Part shown: one piece after another, positions 53,639-63,429 of the stretch | Numbering within the stretch: the stretch's first letter is position 1 | Layout of the letters: every line of letters starts with the position of its first letter | Assembly: GCA_021432655.1 (NCBI GenBank) | Contig: MU271416.1 | Location: 1 to 63,429 of the forward strand | Origin: Atractiella rhizophila | Lineage: Eukaryota | Reading direction: 5' to 3' | Length of the DNA: 63,429 nt | Notes under the pieces: generated by a model | What the model saw: the letters and a program-made list of their open reading frames with translations, nothing else | The model's database searches: none | Told to the model about the DNA's origin: nothing | Translations under genes and position numbers: made by a program

Positions 53639-56600
53639 TCAATTTATATGGGGACTGTGAGATAAAACGTACCGAAACAATCCAATAATTCCTTGCCATC
53701 GTAAAGCCTTTTTCATAGCAGTTTCTTTTGTCACACCCATTGCTTTTTCTGCCTGTCCAATTCTGTCAAGCAAATTATCACAGTATTCGATGTCTGAAGC
53801 TGTGCAGCATTCCATGTAAAGCGAACGAGCCTTCACGATTTCCTCCCTTGCTTCAGCATATCTGGACAGTTCGAAGAGTTGTTGTGCCATTGTCTCTCTA
53901 CTGATGGCCTCAAGATAGCCACCCACTGTCTGACTCAAAATGATCGCTTCCTTGTATAACTCAATCGCCTTTGTAAACTGAGAATCCTGAGTCAAAATGG
54001 AAGCATTACTGTAGAGACAATTAAGTTGACCTCCCACATCTTCGAGGCCTAAATAGAGCTGCTTTGCCTCCTCGAACTGTTTTAGTGCTTCCTCATTGTT
54101 CCCGCGACGCTGCTTGATCTCCCCAATGCTGTGAATGCAGTGGGCCAGGCCTTGCTGATCTTCCACCACCAGGTACAGCTGCTTTGCCTCCTCAAACTTT
54201 TTCAGTGCTTCCACATTCTTCCCACGATGCTGCTCGATCTCCCCAATGCTGTGAACGCAGTGGGCCACGCCTTGCCAATCTTCCACCACCAGATACAGCT
54301 GCTTTGCCTCCTCAAATTTTTTCAGTGCTTCCACATTCTTCCCACGATGCTGCTTGATCTCCCCAATGCTGTGAATGCAGTGGGCCAGGCCTTGCTGATC
54401 TTCCACCACCAAATACAGCTGCTTTGCCTCCTCAAATTGTTTCAGTGCTTCCTCACTCCTCCCAAGATGCTGCTCCATCTTCCCCTTGCTGTAAGTGCAG
54501 TGGGCTAGGCCTTGCTGATCTTCCACCACCAGGTACAGCTGCTTCGCCTCCTCAAACTGTTTCAGTGCCTCCTTATTGTTCCCACGATGCTGCTTGATCT
54601 CCCCAATGTTGTGAATGCAGTGGGCCAGGCCTTGCCGATCTTCCACCACCAGATACAGCTGCTTTGCCTCCTCAAACTGTTTCAGTGCTTCCTCATTCTT
54701 CCCAAGATGCTGCTCCATCTTCCCCTTGCTGCGAATGCAGTGGGCCAGGCCTTGCCGATCTTCCACCACCAGATACAGCTGCTTTGCCTCCTCAAACTGT
54801 TTCAGTGCTTCCTCATTCTTCCCACGATGCTGCTCGATCTCCCCCATGCTGTAAATGCAGTGGGCCAGGCCTTGCCGATCTTCCACCACCACATACAGCT
54901 GCTTTGCCTCCTCAAACTGTTTCAGTGCTTCCTCATTGTTCCCGCGATGCTGCTCGATCTCCCCAATGCTGCAAATGCAGTGGGCCAGGCCTTGCCGATC
55001 TTCCACCACCAGATACAGCTGCTTTGCCTCCTTAAACTGTTTCAGTGCCTCCTCATTGTTCCCGCGACGCTGCTCGATCTTCCCCTCGCTGTGAATACAG
55101 TGGGCCAGGCCTTGCCGATCTTCCACCACCAGGTACAGCTGCTTTGCCTCCTCAAACTGTTTCAGTGCTTCCACATTGTTCCCACGACCCTGCTCGATCT
55201 CCCCAATGCTGCGAATGCAGTGGGCCAGGCCTCGCTGATCTTCCATCACCAGATACAGCTGCTTTGCCTCCTCAAACTTTTTCAGTGCTTCCACATTGTT
55301 CCCATGACGCTGCTCGATCTCTCCCATGCTGTGAATGCAGTGGGCCAGGCCTTGACAATCTTCCACCACCAGATACAGCTGCTTTGCCTCCTCGAACTGT
55401 TTTAGTGCTTCCTCATTGTTCCCGCGACGCTGCTTGATCTCCCCCATGCTGCGAATGCAGTGGGCCAGGCCATGCCGATCTTCCACCACTAGATACAGCT
55501 GCTTTGCCTCCACAAACTGTTCCAGTGCCTGTTGTGGATTCCCCTTCTGTTGAAAGGCTAACCCTAGAACCATGTTTAATTCCGCTGTGATTGCTGGAGT
55601 TGATGTAAGCTTCTTGCAGGACAAAGCACACTGGATCAATGGTACTGAGGGGAGGCTTTGAAGATACAGAAAGTTCCCAATGCCTACAATGAAATTGAAT
55701 CCCTTTGTCGGATCTTTGAGATGTTTGAAAGCAGCTAATAGTACGTGTTGAAGGTTTGGAAAATCGTTGCGAAAAGCCAACAGTCCGATCCGTTCAGCGT
55801 CATCTTTGAAACATCGATAATTTTTACAAGCCTTCTCCATCAGACCTTCAGTTAAGGGCTCGAGTGATAAAGTGGTGACTTTGAAAGGAGGAAGAGGACC
55901 CAAGACCAAACGGTTGATATATTCCCGAATTGGAGCCAGCATGCGCAATCGTGAGGTGTGTGTAAGAATGTCATCAACATTTTCAGCAAGTCCAACCTTC
56001 AAGATTGAGGTGACGAGCACAGCAGAATCCTCTGAATGGGGAAGGCTGGAGTTATTGCCAAAGGCGATAATGTCGTCAGCCAGAAGACCATCAGGGGTCC
56101 AAGATAGAAGGGCAAGGATAAAAGCACTGAGGTCCTCATTCTTCTTGAGCAGAGGTGAATCGAGTGAAAAGGATATCGAAGTGGCAAGATTGCGTGTCTC
56201 CTTGCTGTCTTCATTCCAGAGTACACTGGTTTTCTTTTCCTCCCATTCATCCACCAAAACCCTTAGCTCCTTCGTCGATTCTTCATTTGCACGAAGAATG
56301 AAGAGCTTGATGGACAGGGCATGGCGATCCAGTTTGGTAGCAATGGTCTTGACTAGTTGTTCATCATCCGGGCAACCTTCCCGAGCAATGTACATGTATT
56401 TGAACATATCCTGTACGCCATTATTGCTCAAGCCTCCAATCGCTAGCTTTTGCAATCTTATGCCTGGCGAGTTCACACGTTCAACCTGATGGCCTCGATG
56501 TACTACGACAAGAATGGAACCAGAAGGACATTTGGTGGAAAAAAGAGTCTGGAAGAATGACTGTAGGTTATCATTGTCAGACTGTGCCGGAGTTTCAAAA

Positions 56601-58081
56601 TTATCGAGGATAAGGAGACACTTGTGAGCGTTGAAATATTGTTCGACAGCAGTAAGTTCATCTTGGCCAGGCGGAGGAGCTAATCCAAAAACTTCTTTGC
56701 AAAGGTTGGTCGAGAGAGAGGAGAAGTCGGAGAAAGCGTCGCAGCGGGCCCAAAAGCGAAAGTCTGCTTCCTTACCATCCGTGGCGGTCCTGAATGCGTT
56801 TTTGATTTTGTCTGTATGTAGGACTTCCAGTGCAACAGTAGATTTGCCGTTCCCAGCACCACCGATGATAGCGAGGTGCTTCTTGTCGGTAAGGATGAAT
56901 TCTATCGCTTTCTCGATTTCCTCTTTTCTTCCGTAGCAAGCCGCTCGAGGAGGTAAAGGGATCTTCCTGTGCACTGTGACACGATCTTTATGGTCTACAT
57001 AGCAGAATGTTAGCATACAATTACCAATGACGAAGAGTATACCTTTCGCCAGCGATTGAGCAACGCTCAACACTTCATGCTTCATCGCTTCCATGTAAGC
57101 CATCGTACCTCCTACGGCATCATTCTTTCGCCCCCACTCCTGCCACTTGAAATCTCCAAATGTATCGACCGAGAAACGATGGTAACAATGTCCCGTCCTC
57201 TGCTCTTGCATCATCACCTTCACCTCGTTCGAAACCTTTGAGCAATCCATAACTATCGTCTCCAATGCTCGGTCGACATCGTCTCGAGTGTGACCCAATT
57301 TGATGGCAGGCAAAATGCCAGAACCGAGGGACACAAGACAGGCGATCTCAATATTGGGTCCCCAAATTCGCTTCGCTTCTTCAACAGCTATCGCTGTAGG
57401 ATTGTCGCGACCTACGTTAACGTAACCAGTGGAATCCATGTTGATGGGAGGAAAGAAGGGAGGACGGGCAGCGGTCGCTCTTGCAGCTTCCCAGACCTTG
57501 TACGTGGGAGCAGGGAAAAACGGAGATGATGAAGCACCAGGAATATCGTAGGTGCGCATCTCCGTGGAAACGGTGACGTTGGCCTCGTAGGTAGAAACAA
57601 CAAAAGTTTTGCACCTGTCATGCCAGGAGGCATCTTTCATAGAAAGCGATTTCGCAGAAGCGTGAGAAGAGTTCATATGCCGCTGGATGATAGCAATGAA
57701 AGTTTCTTCAAGCTTTTCCGCCGAGTAAGCGTACTGGCCATTGGAGATCGAGTTATTTTCTAGAAAAACTTTCTGTGTGATCTCTTCATATGCCGAAATG
57801 CATTGGCGAACGGTCATTCCCAGCCTCCCAAGCATAAGTGCAATCCATCCGCCAGTGGAAGTTCCACAAATGAGGTCAAATATATCGCAAGGACGGAGGT
57901 CCTCGCCCTCCGGCACATCGAGAAGTTGTGCAGCTTGAAGCATGATCTGTTCCAGCATGTATGGAGCGGAAAAGGAACGGATGCCTCCATTATCGATGCA
58001 AAGGATCCGCAATCCCTTGGGATTCACTTTCTTGATGTTCTCGGAGACCTTAAAGATCTTGCTAGGATGATCAGTAGACAT
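53639..58081 (-). CDS. Fungal NLR-like receptor: patatin-like phospholipase - STAND NTPase (NB-ARC/NACHT-like) - TPR repeats
   Basis: DNGGIR, GTSTG; P-loop GGAGNGKST, Walker B LLILDNFE, RMLAPIREY; 12 conserved 40-aa TPR-like units. Probable 48-nt in-frame intron at 56995-57042 (GTATAC..CTAAC..TAG). Confidence 0.92.
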   Translation of the reverse strand: MSTDHPSKIFKVSENIKKVNPKGLRILCIDNGGIRSFSAPYMLEQIMLQAAQLLDVPEGEDLRPCDIFDLICGTSTGGWIALMLGRLGMTVRQCISAYEEITQKVFLENNSISNGQYAYSAEKLEETFIAIIQRHMNSSHASAKSLSMKDASWHDRCKTFVVSTYEANVTVSTEMRTYDIPGASSSPFFPAPTYKVWEAARATAARPPFFPPINMDSTGYVNVGRDNPTAIAVEEAKRIWGPNIEIACLVSLGSGILPAIKLGHTRDDVDRALETIVMDCSKVSNEVKVMMQEQRTGHCYHRFSVDTFGDFKWQEWGRKNDAVGGTMAYMEAMKHEVLSVAQSLAKGILFVIGNCMLTFCYVDHKDRVTVHRKIPLPPRAACYGRKEEIEKAIEFILTDKKHLAIIGGAGNGKSTVALEVLHTDKIKNAFRTATDGKEADFRFWARCDAFSDFSSLSTNLCKEVFGLAPPPGQDELTAVEQYFNAHKCLLILDNFETPAQSDNDNLQSFFQTLFSTKCPSGSILVVVHRGHQVERVNSPGIRLQKLAIGGLSNNGVQDMFKYMYIAREGCPDDEQLVKTIATKLDRHALSIKLFILRANEESTKELRVLVDEWEEKKTSVLWNEDSKETRNLATSISFSLDSPLLKKNEDLSAFILALLSWTPDGLLADDIIAFGNNSSLPHSEDSAVLVTSILKVGLAENVDDILTHTSRLRMLAPIREYINRLVLGPLPPFKVTTLSLEPLTEGLMEKACKNYRCFKDDAERIGLLAFRNDFPNLQHVLLAAFKHLKDPTKGFNFIVGIGNFLYLQSLPSVPLIQCALSCKKLTSTPAITAELNMVLGLAFQQKGNPQQALEQFVEAKQLYLVVEDRHGLAHCIRSMGEIKQRRGNNEEALKQFEEAKQLYLVVEDCQGLAHCIHSMGEIEQRHGNNVEALKKFEEAKQLYLVMEDQRGLAHCIRSIGEIEQGRGNNVEALKQFEEAKQLYLVVEDRQGLAHCIHSEGKIEQRRGNNEEALKQFKEAKQLYLVVEDRQGLAHCICSIGEIEQHRGNNEEALKQFEEAKQLYVVVEDRQGLAHCIYSMGEIEQHRGKNEEALKQFEEAKQLYLVVEDRQGLAHCIRSKGKMEQHLGKNEEALKQFEEAKQLYLVVEDRQGLAHCIHNIGEIKQHRGNNKEALKQFEEAKQLYLVVEDQQGLAHCTYSKGKMEQHLGRSEEALKQFEEAKQLYLVVEDQQGLAHCIHSIGEIKQHRGKNVEALKKFEEAKQLYLVVEDWQGVAHCVHSIGEIEQHRGKNVEALKKFEEAKQLYLVVEDQQGLAHCIHSIGEIKQRRGNNEEALKQFEEAKQLYLGLEDVGGQLNCLYSNASILTQDSQFTKAIELYKEAIILSQTVGGYLEAISRETMAQQLFELSRYAEAREEIVKARSLYMECCTASDIEYCDNLLDRIGQAEKAMGVTKETAMKKALRWQGIIGLFRYVLSHSPHIN
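54056..55530 (-). repeat. Coding tandem array, 120-bp unit, 12 full units plus a partial unit (high-internal-conservation TPR)
   Basis: Every second 60-nt line repeats; unit consensus GLAHCIxSxGEIEQxRGNNEEALKQFEEAKQLYLVVEDxQ. Confidence 0.98.
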
Positions 58082-58639
58082 GGAGGCGATAGCAATGGAT
58101 TGGATCGCGTTGTTGAAGTAGACGGTTGGTGTTGGTAGTATTTATTGTGACAGATTTGAGAGAAGAGAAGATGTGAGGTTGGATTGTTCTAGCATCAGTC
58201 ACATCAGACTAGCTCCGTGAGTTACGCATGCAGATTCATCCTACATCAAGCGCCTGTGGTTGCCCTCGGGGACTTCCGATCAGCGATGTAGAGATCAAGC
58301 TCCCTAACTATGCTGCTTTGCAGTTCAGCTCTCTAGACGGCTCTGTCACAGGTAGCACTGATATTCCTCTTAGGAATATGGATGGAGGCTCTCTGGAACC
58401 CACTCCCACCAACGTACGTGAAGGTAGGTAAACTTCCGGAATGCAAAATTGGGCCACCTCATCTCAAGTCTGTGATGGAGAAGTTCAACAGCAGTTGAGA
58501 ATATACATCGATCCCACCTTGCACCCTTTCCTGCACAAAATCAAGGAAAAAATACTGACTGTTCACGGAGACAATCAGAACGGCCTGTCCTAATATTCCT
58601 CAGAACAATACACTCGCCCGACACCGCGATATCGAAATG

Positions 58640-58870
58640 ACGACTTCTTTGTTGATAAAACTGCTAGGATACCTTTGACTCTCTTACACTGGACCAAAGA
58701 CAGCTTCTCTGCTCCTGATAAGATGGCACATAACAGGGCAACTCTGATTGGCTGCGTTTGTTTGGGCAATCTCCGCCCATTCGTGCGTGGCATATCTTGC
58801 ATATCTGCACGACCAATCCCAATCCTACAATTTCTGATTCTTATCGTTTTCAATCCTTTCTATCAGATTG
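58640..58870. promoter_or_regulatory. Cluster of HGATAR motifs in the divergent NLR/GATA-factor intergenic region
   Basis: tgataa at about 58653 and 58716, cgataa (minus) at about 58841, atctgatag (minus) at 58860-58868 resembling the SreA site ATCWGATAA. Confidence 0.35.
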
Positions 58871-58936
58871 GGCCCCTGCTCTACCTACCCACCCCTACGA
58901 CTAACAACTTCTCGGCCCAAATCAAAATTCTGCAAA

Positions 58937-60259
58937 ATGCCAGTTCTCACCCCAGCACCGTCACCAGCCATTCTTGCCAGCAAGTCGCTCCCAGACGAAC
59001 CGCCGCTGGGATCCTGTCCCGGAGATGGGCTTTGCAATGGGAAAGGAGGAGCACCGCAATGTCGGGGATGCCCAAGTTTCAACAATTCTGGACGGCTTGT
59101 TCCTGTTTCTGGACCGGGGTCAGCAGAAAAGCGAAGTAATGGGATGCAGACCCCGGAGGGCAGTATGAGCGCTGAGGAGATGGGAGAAGACCAGTTGATG
59201 GAGGATGCTGAGGCTGGAGACAGCGTGAGTGCTTCGTCAGCCGCTGCACCTGGAAAAGTTGCCCCGATGTGTTGTGAAAATTGTGGGACGTTCAATACTC
59301 CACTGTGGAGGAGGGATGGAGAAGGGAGGGTCGCCTGTAATGCCTGTGGTACGTCTCCTCTTTGATATCATTATCAAAAGCTCACGAGGGACTTCAGGTC
59401 TGTATTATAAGGTTCGCTCTCTGAGTGGTCTTAATTGAATTTGAAGTGATTGTATTGGTCGAACAGCTCCATCGCAAACATCGTCCTGTAAACATGAAAC
59501 GACCGGTTATAAAACGTCGCAAAAGAGTTCCAGCCGCCAACTCATCCTCACAATCTCAGACCCCGAAAGTGAGCTATATTTCTCTTTCCTCGCCTCCCCG
59601 AAACTACCAAAGTGATATGCTGATGGAACATTTATCAGAAGCAGCACGCTACCTATACTCCTTACCCACCACCGCAAACGTACGCTCGCCAGCAAACTTC
59701 TTCAGCTCGCCTCTCCCCATCATCCACTTCGACATCATCAGAAGTTATTGATCCCTCTATGCGGAGACGCAAATCTCCTGCTGCTCAACAACTCCAACCC
59801 GAGCCTCAATTCCAACCAAAATCGCACCTCCAACCCCTCGCTCAAATCCAACCTCAAGAACGTCGTTCTCCTTCGAACACTTTGCCAGAACTGGCCGCCG
59901 TAGCTTCAGCTATGCTGCCTTTGCATCATCAAGCAATGAACAGCAGTAATGGGATGGGAGACGATGATAAGGAGCGGTTTAAGGAAGAGCTCGAGCGTTC
60001 TATCGGAAGGGCAGAGGAGGAGAGCAGGAGGTTGAGTCGGTTCTTGGAAGAGGGTAGAGACTTGTTGAGACGCCTCAATTCGTCTAGTGGGAGTTCGGAC
60101 GGCGTGGGCGGGGGAAGTGGAAATGGAAATGGAGAGGTGAGATTAAGCTTGAATGGGAGGAGCGGAAGTGGTAGTGGCAGCCTCTGGCCAACGTCGCCCG
60201 CCGTGGTTTGGGACGCCGGACTCTCTCAACAGATGCAGAGAGTGGAGATGCAAAGTTGA
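58937..60259 (+). CDS. Iron-responsive GATA transcription factor (Cir1/Urbs1/SreA family), single zinc finger
   Basis: Cys-rich box [24 protein letters not shown] followed by [34 protein letters not shown] and a C-terminal coiled coil; 14-nt microexon 59398-59411. Confidence 0.85.
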
Positions 60260-60556
60260 TAGTTGTTGAAACGTTCGTATACACCGCCTTATTGTCCTTG
60301 TTGTTTGTCTCTCTCTTTCCTACCTCGCCTCTTTCCTCTGAAAATCGTAACCTTACCTCGCTCTGTAATTTGTTCCTTTCGTCAGTTGTCTTGGTTGTTT
60401 GCTCTTCGATATTTCTCCGAGATTCATTCATGCCTACTCATTCATATGCCGCTCATATGCTGCCCAGGAATTTGTTCATATGCACTCTGTCTTTGAAATT
60501 ACCATCTCTATTTAATGCTTCACACTAGCTGCTCCATATGAATACCTCAGTAGCGA

Positions 60557-63086
60557 TCAACGCTGTACGCTACTCGCCTTCGCCAACTCCACTCCCCACC
60601 TTCCCACCTCCTCCATCGCCTTCTCATCTCCGCTTCTAACTCTCTCCGCCTCCTCTCCCGGTCCAAGCGCATCAGCGACCAACTTCCACGGATCCCTTGC
60701 GCTCCCCCACCTGAGGAGTTTCTCTTTGAACCACTCCCCACTCTCTCGGTCCAACGGACTGTTATCGAAGATTTTATGAAAAAGTCTCGAAGCGATGGCG
60801 CGGTCAAAGATGTACGAATAATAGGTAGCGCCGTATCCGACAAGATGGGAGAACTGGGTTTGGTGGTGAGTGCCCGCGGCGTGCGGGATGGGATATCGAG
60901 AGTTTTGGACGCGGGAGAATGTAGAGGTTGAGTCGAAGGATGGGGAGAGGGGGAGGGACGAGTGGTATTCTAGGTCGAGGTCGGCGAGCGTGATTTGCCA
61001 AGTGTCCTCCAGGGCTGGGAATGTGCGATGCTGCTTTTTATAGGTTTGGAGTTTGGGGAGGGGAAGGGGTGATTGGTTGGAGAAGTGTGTGAAGAGGGAG
61101 AGGATGGGGGGAGAGGATAGAAAGTGCTCCATTAGGATTGAAGGGAGTTCGACAAAGTCTGTTGCGACCCGGGTGCCGGATGAGTTGTGGTATGGGGTTT
61201 GACCAATCATCGCTGTCGAGAATGTGCACATCAGCGTCCAGCTCAGGAATGGAGAAAGTGAGGGTACAAACAATGAATAGCATGTCCCATCTCGTGGAAC
61301 AATGTCTCTACCTCTCCCCACTTGAGCAGAACTACATTCTTTCCCTCCCTCTTAGACCTTCCGAATCCACAAACAAGCACCACAACCGGTAGCTGGTAGG
61401 TTCCCTCCTCCCCCTTCTTCTTTACGTGTTCAGCATTCAATCCTCCTTCGTCTTCTGCTTCTGCAGCAGATCCAGAAGAGAGATCCAGGTCCGTCCTCCT
61501 TGAACATGTCACTGTGTAGTGAGCCGGCGCAGAATTCTTCCCCTCCCTCCAAAACAGATCCAGATAGACCGTCCCAACCTTCTCATCTTTGTCATCCAAC
61601 ATCGAAAGCTTGAGGACAGAGGGATCCCACGTCTCCCCTAACAGAGGAGACTGGAGTTCGAAGCGCAGTCCATAAATGGATTGGAAGAGGTGAGAAAGAG
61701 CGCGGAAGACAGTACCGAGTGAAAAGTAGGCGCTGAGCTCTTCTTCGATATTTGCGTCTTTTGGTGAGGTGGTTGCGGCGAGGAATAAATTGGTCAGATA
61801 GTCGCGATCCCATGGGTATACCGGTGGAGGGGAAGAGAGGTGTTGTGTTGATTGTTTTAGTCGCTGGAGGATGGACAGCTCTGATGTCGCTTGAGGGAGG
61901 ATGGACGTGGAGATGGCATTCAGGAAGGAGGTGACATTCTCTGGTACCCCCAATGGTCGTGTTAACAGATCAAAGGAGCGGTGAAACTGGAGACGAACCT
62001 GGGGTCTTCGCCATTTTATCATGCAGAGTCAACTCTGCCCAATTCTCATATCCCACCAATCTTGCAACCTCGCATCTCTTTCTTAACATCTCCTCTAAAG
62101 TCTCTAAATCTTCTGGTTCTGCTTTATGGACAGCGAGGTATGCTGCCTTCCTCACTCTCTCATCATCACCATAGCGCAGCCCGTGGATTTGGCTCCCGTC
62201 CCTTCGTAGCCGCATTTTCTTCCCACCATTCCCAAGGTCCAGCTCAACTTGCGCAGATCGACGTCTGTACGGAATCTCCATGATATCTTGTCCTAAGAAA
62301 GAAATCGTGTCGGATTCTTGCACAAAGAGCTCACGCTGATGTGGGGGAAGGTGAATGCCAGACTTCTCGAAGTCTCTCAGGAATTGGAGAGCGATGGTGT
62401 AGGTGTTGAAGAGCTCCGGGTCTGCGGTGTCGGAAGAAGGGAACGGAATAGAACTGATTATCCGTTTGAGCGCCTGGCTTTCTCTCCATCAACATTTGTC
62501 TGAGGTTAAAGGAAGAGGAGAAGCAGAAGACGAACTCGATGGAGCCCAACATGGGTATTCAAAACATTCATATAGTTATGCAACTCAGCATGCGCTACTT
62601 CGCTCGCTTCCACCCATTCCTGAGAAGGATGCACGTTCTTCACGAGCTCTGCAAGGTCGATAACGCCACACAGCAGGTCTGAGACCTTATCCAGCCTCGC
62701 CACGATGGTGAAAAGCTGTTGCCTTATATCCAGAGAAGCGAGCAATGGATCTCTGGTCTGCTCCTGGAACCGTGGTGCTTGGTTGGCAGTTGAAGGGGTG
62801 TAAAGCGTGTCAAAGTCCCGACAGATGCCTTCGACGATTCCAGCCACACGTTGCCCCGTCCATCGTGCTACAGCTGGGAAATCGGCTGGCGTGCGTAAGC
62901 GTGAGTGTCCGAAAAGACCAGTCGTGCGTGTGGGATCGATGGAAGACTTGGGAGCTGGTGATGAGCGGCTGTCGAGGATTGCAAGTAGTTCTGTGTCGGC
63001 AGCGGAGAATCTGGGAGCGGAAGGACGAAGCCGCCGACGTCAAGTACGTCGCCTTTTCAATGCAGAAGAGGTAGGCGTAACCTCAT
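60557..63086 (-). CDS. OCT1: Mitochondrial intermediate peptidase (M3 family); 5' end uncertain
   Basis: TGLFGH, RLDKVSDLLCGVIDLAELV, MNVLNTH, PWDRDY, TLFHEMGHAIH (HExxH), GTRVATDFVELPSILME, HLVGYGATYYSYIFDRAIA. Confidence 0.92.
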
Positions 63087-63429
63087 GCTTGGGACGCGCA
63101 GACCGAGACCTCCTACGCTCCTCCACTCGAACCTCTCCAACCGAAGGCACATCGCGTCTATCATGCTGCCGCCAAGGCCCTTTCCCCTCCATTGCAAACT
63201 CTCTAGGAGAAGTCCCAGGTATGACAAGCAAGTTTAGTACGCGATCGAAAGAACACTCTTGAACTGAACCCGACCGCTGTGCACTGGTGCTGTCGAGGTG
63301 CGGTTTAAAGAACACTTGGTGGTAACGACGAACGAAGACACGCAATAACTACAAGACAACTATCATAGCATTATAAGCATATAGTACGATTAAGCTGGAG
63401 AGGAGGCATGGAGGTTTGCGGAAGACGTA

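Noticed and set aside
54131..55437. Long plus-strand ORFs (e.g. 297 aa)
   Set aside because: Antisense shadows of the stop-poor TPR repeat.
54056..55530. CRISPR-like or satellite array
   Set aside because: Contiguous 120-bp in-frame coding units with no unique spacers, in a eukaryotic gene.

Overview
Eukaryotic DNA from an intron-rich, gene-dense basidiomycete fungus (typical introns about 45-60 nt; Pucciniomycotina-like is a guess). Most of the window is housekeeping genes: RIX7, SVP26, SKI8, DID2, an F-box/JmjC protein, an aldo-keto reductase, a PLP homeostasis protein, NOP14, KU70, a cystathionine beta-lyase/mevalonate kinase fusion, CDC48, FPGS, a divergent PP1, DAHP synthase, RIM2, an iron-sensing GATA factor and OCT1/MIP. 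Accessory content: (i) an intact patatin-STAND-TPR NLR-like immune receptor with 12 near-identical 120-bp repeats whose variable codons are largely CpG-transition products; (ii) a degenerate Ty3/Gypsy chromovirus next to it, with non-identical LTRs; (iii) an inverted, pseudogenised copy of the NLR promoter and patatin domain 45 kb away, joined to an SP-RING fragment and bordered by a MITE-like inverted repeat; (iv) a small secreted Cys-rich protein; (v) two unusually long, apparently structured introns; (vi) a 3.9-kb duplication across an N gap that is probably uncollapsed haplotypes. Gene models were spliced by eye, so boundaries are approximate and family calls come from motif recognition, not database searches.
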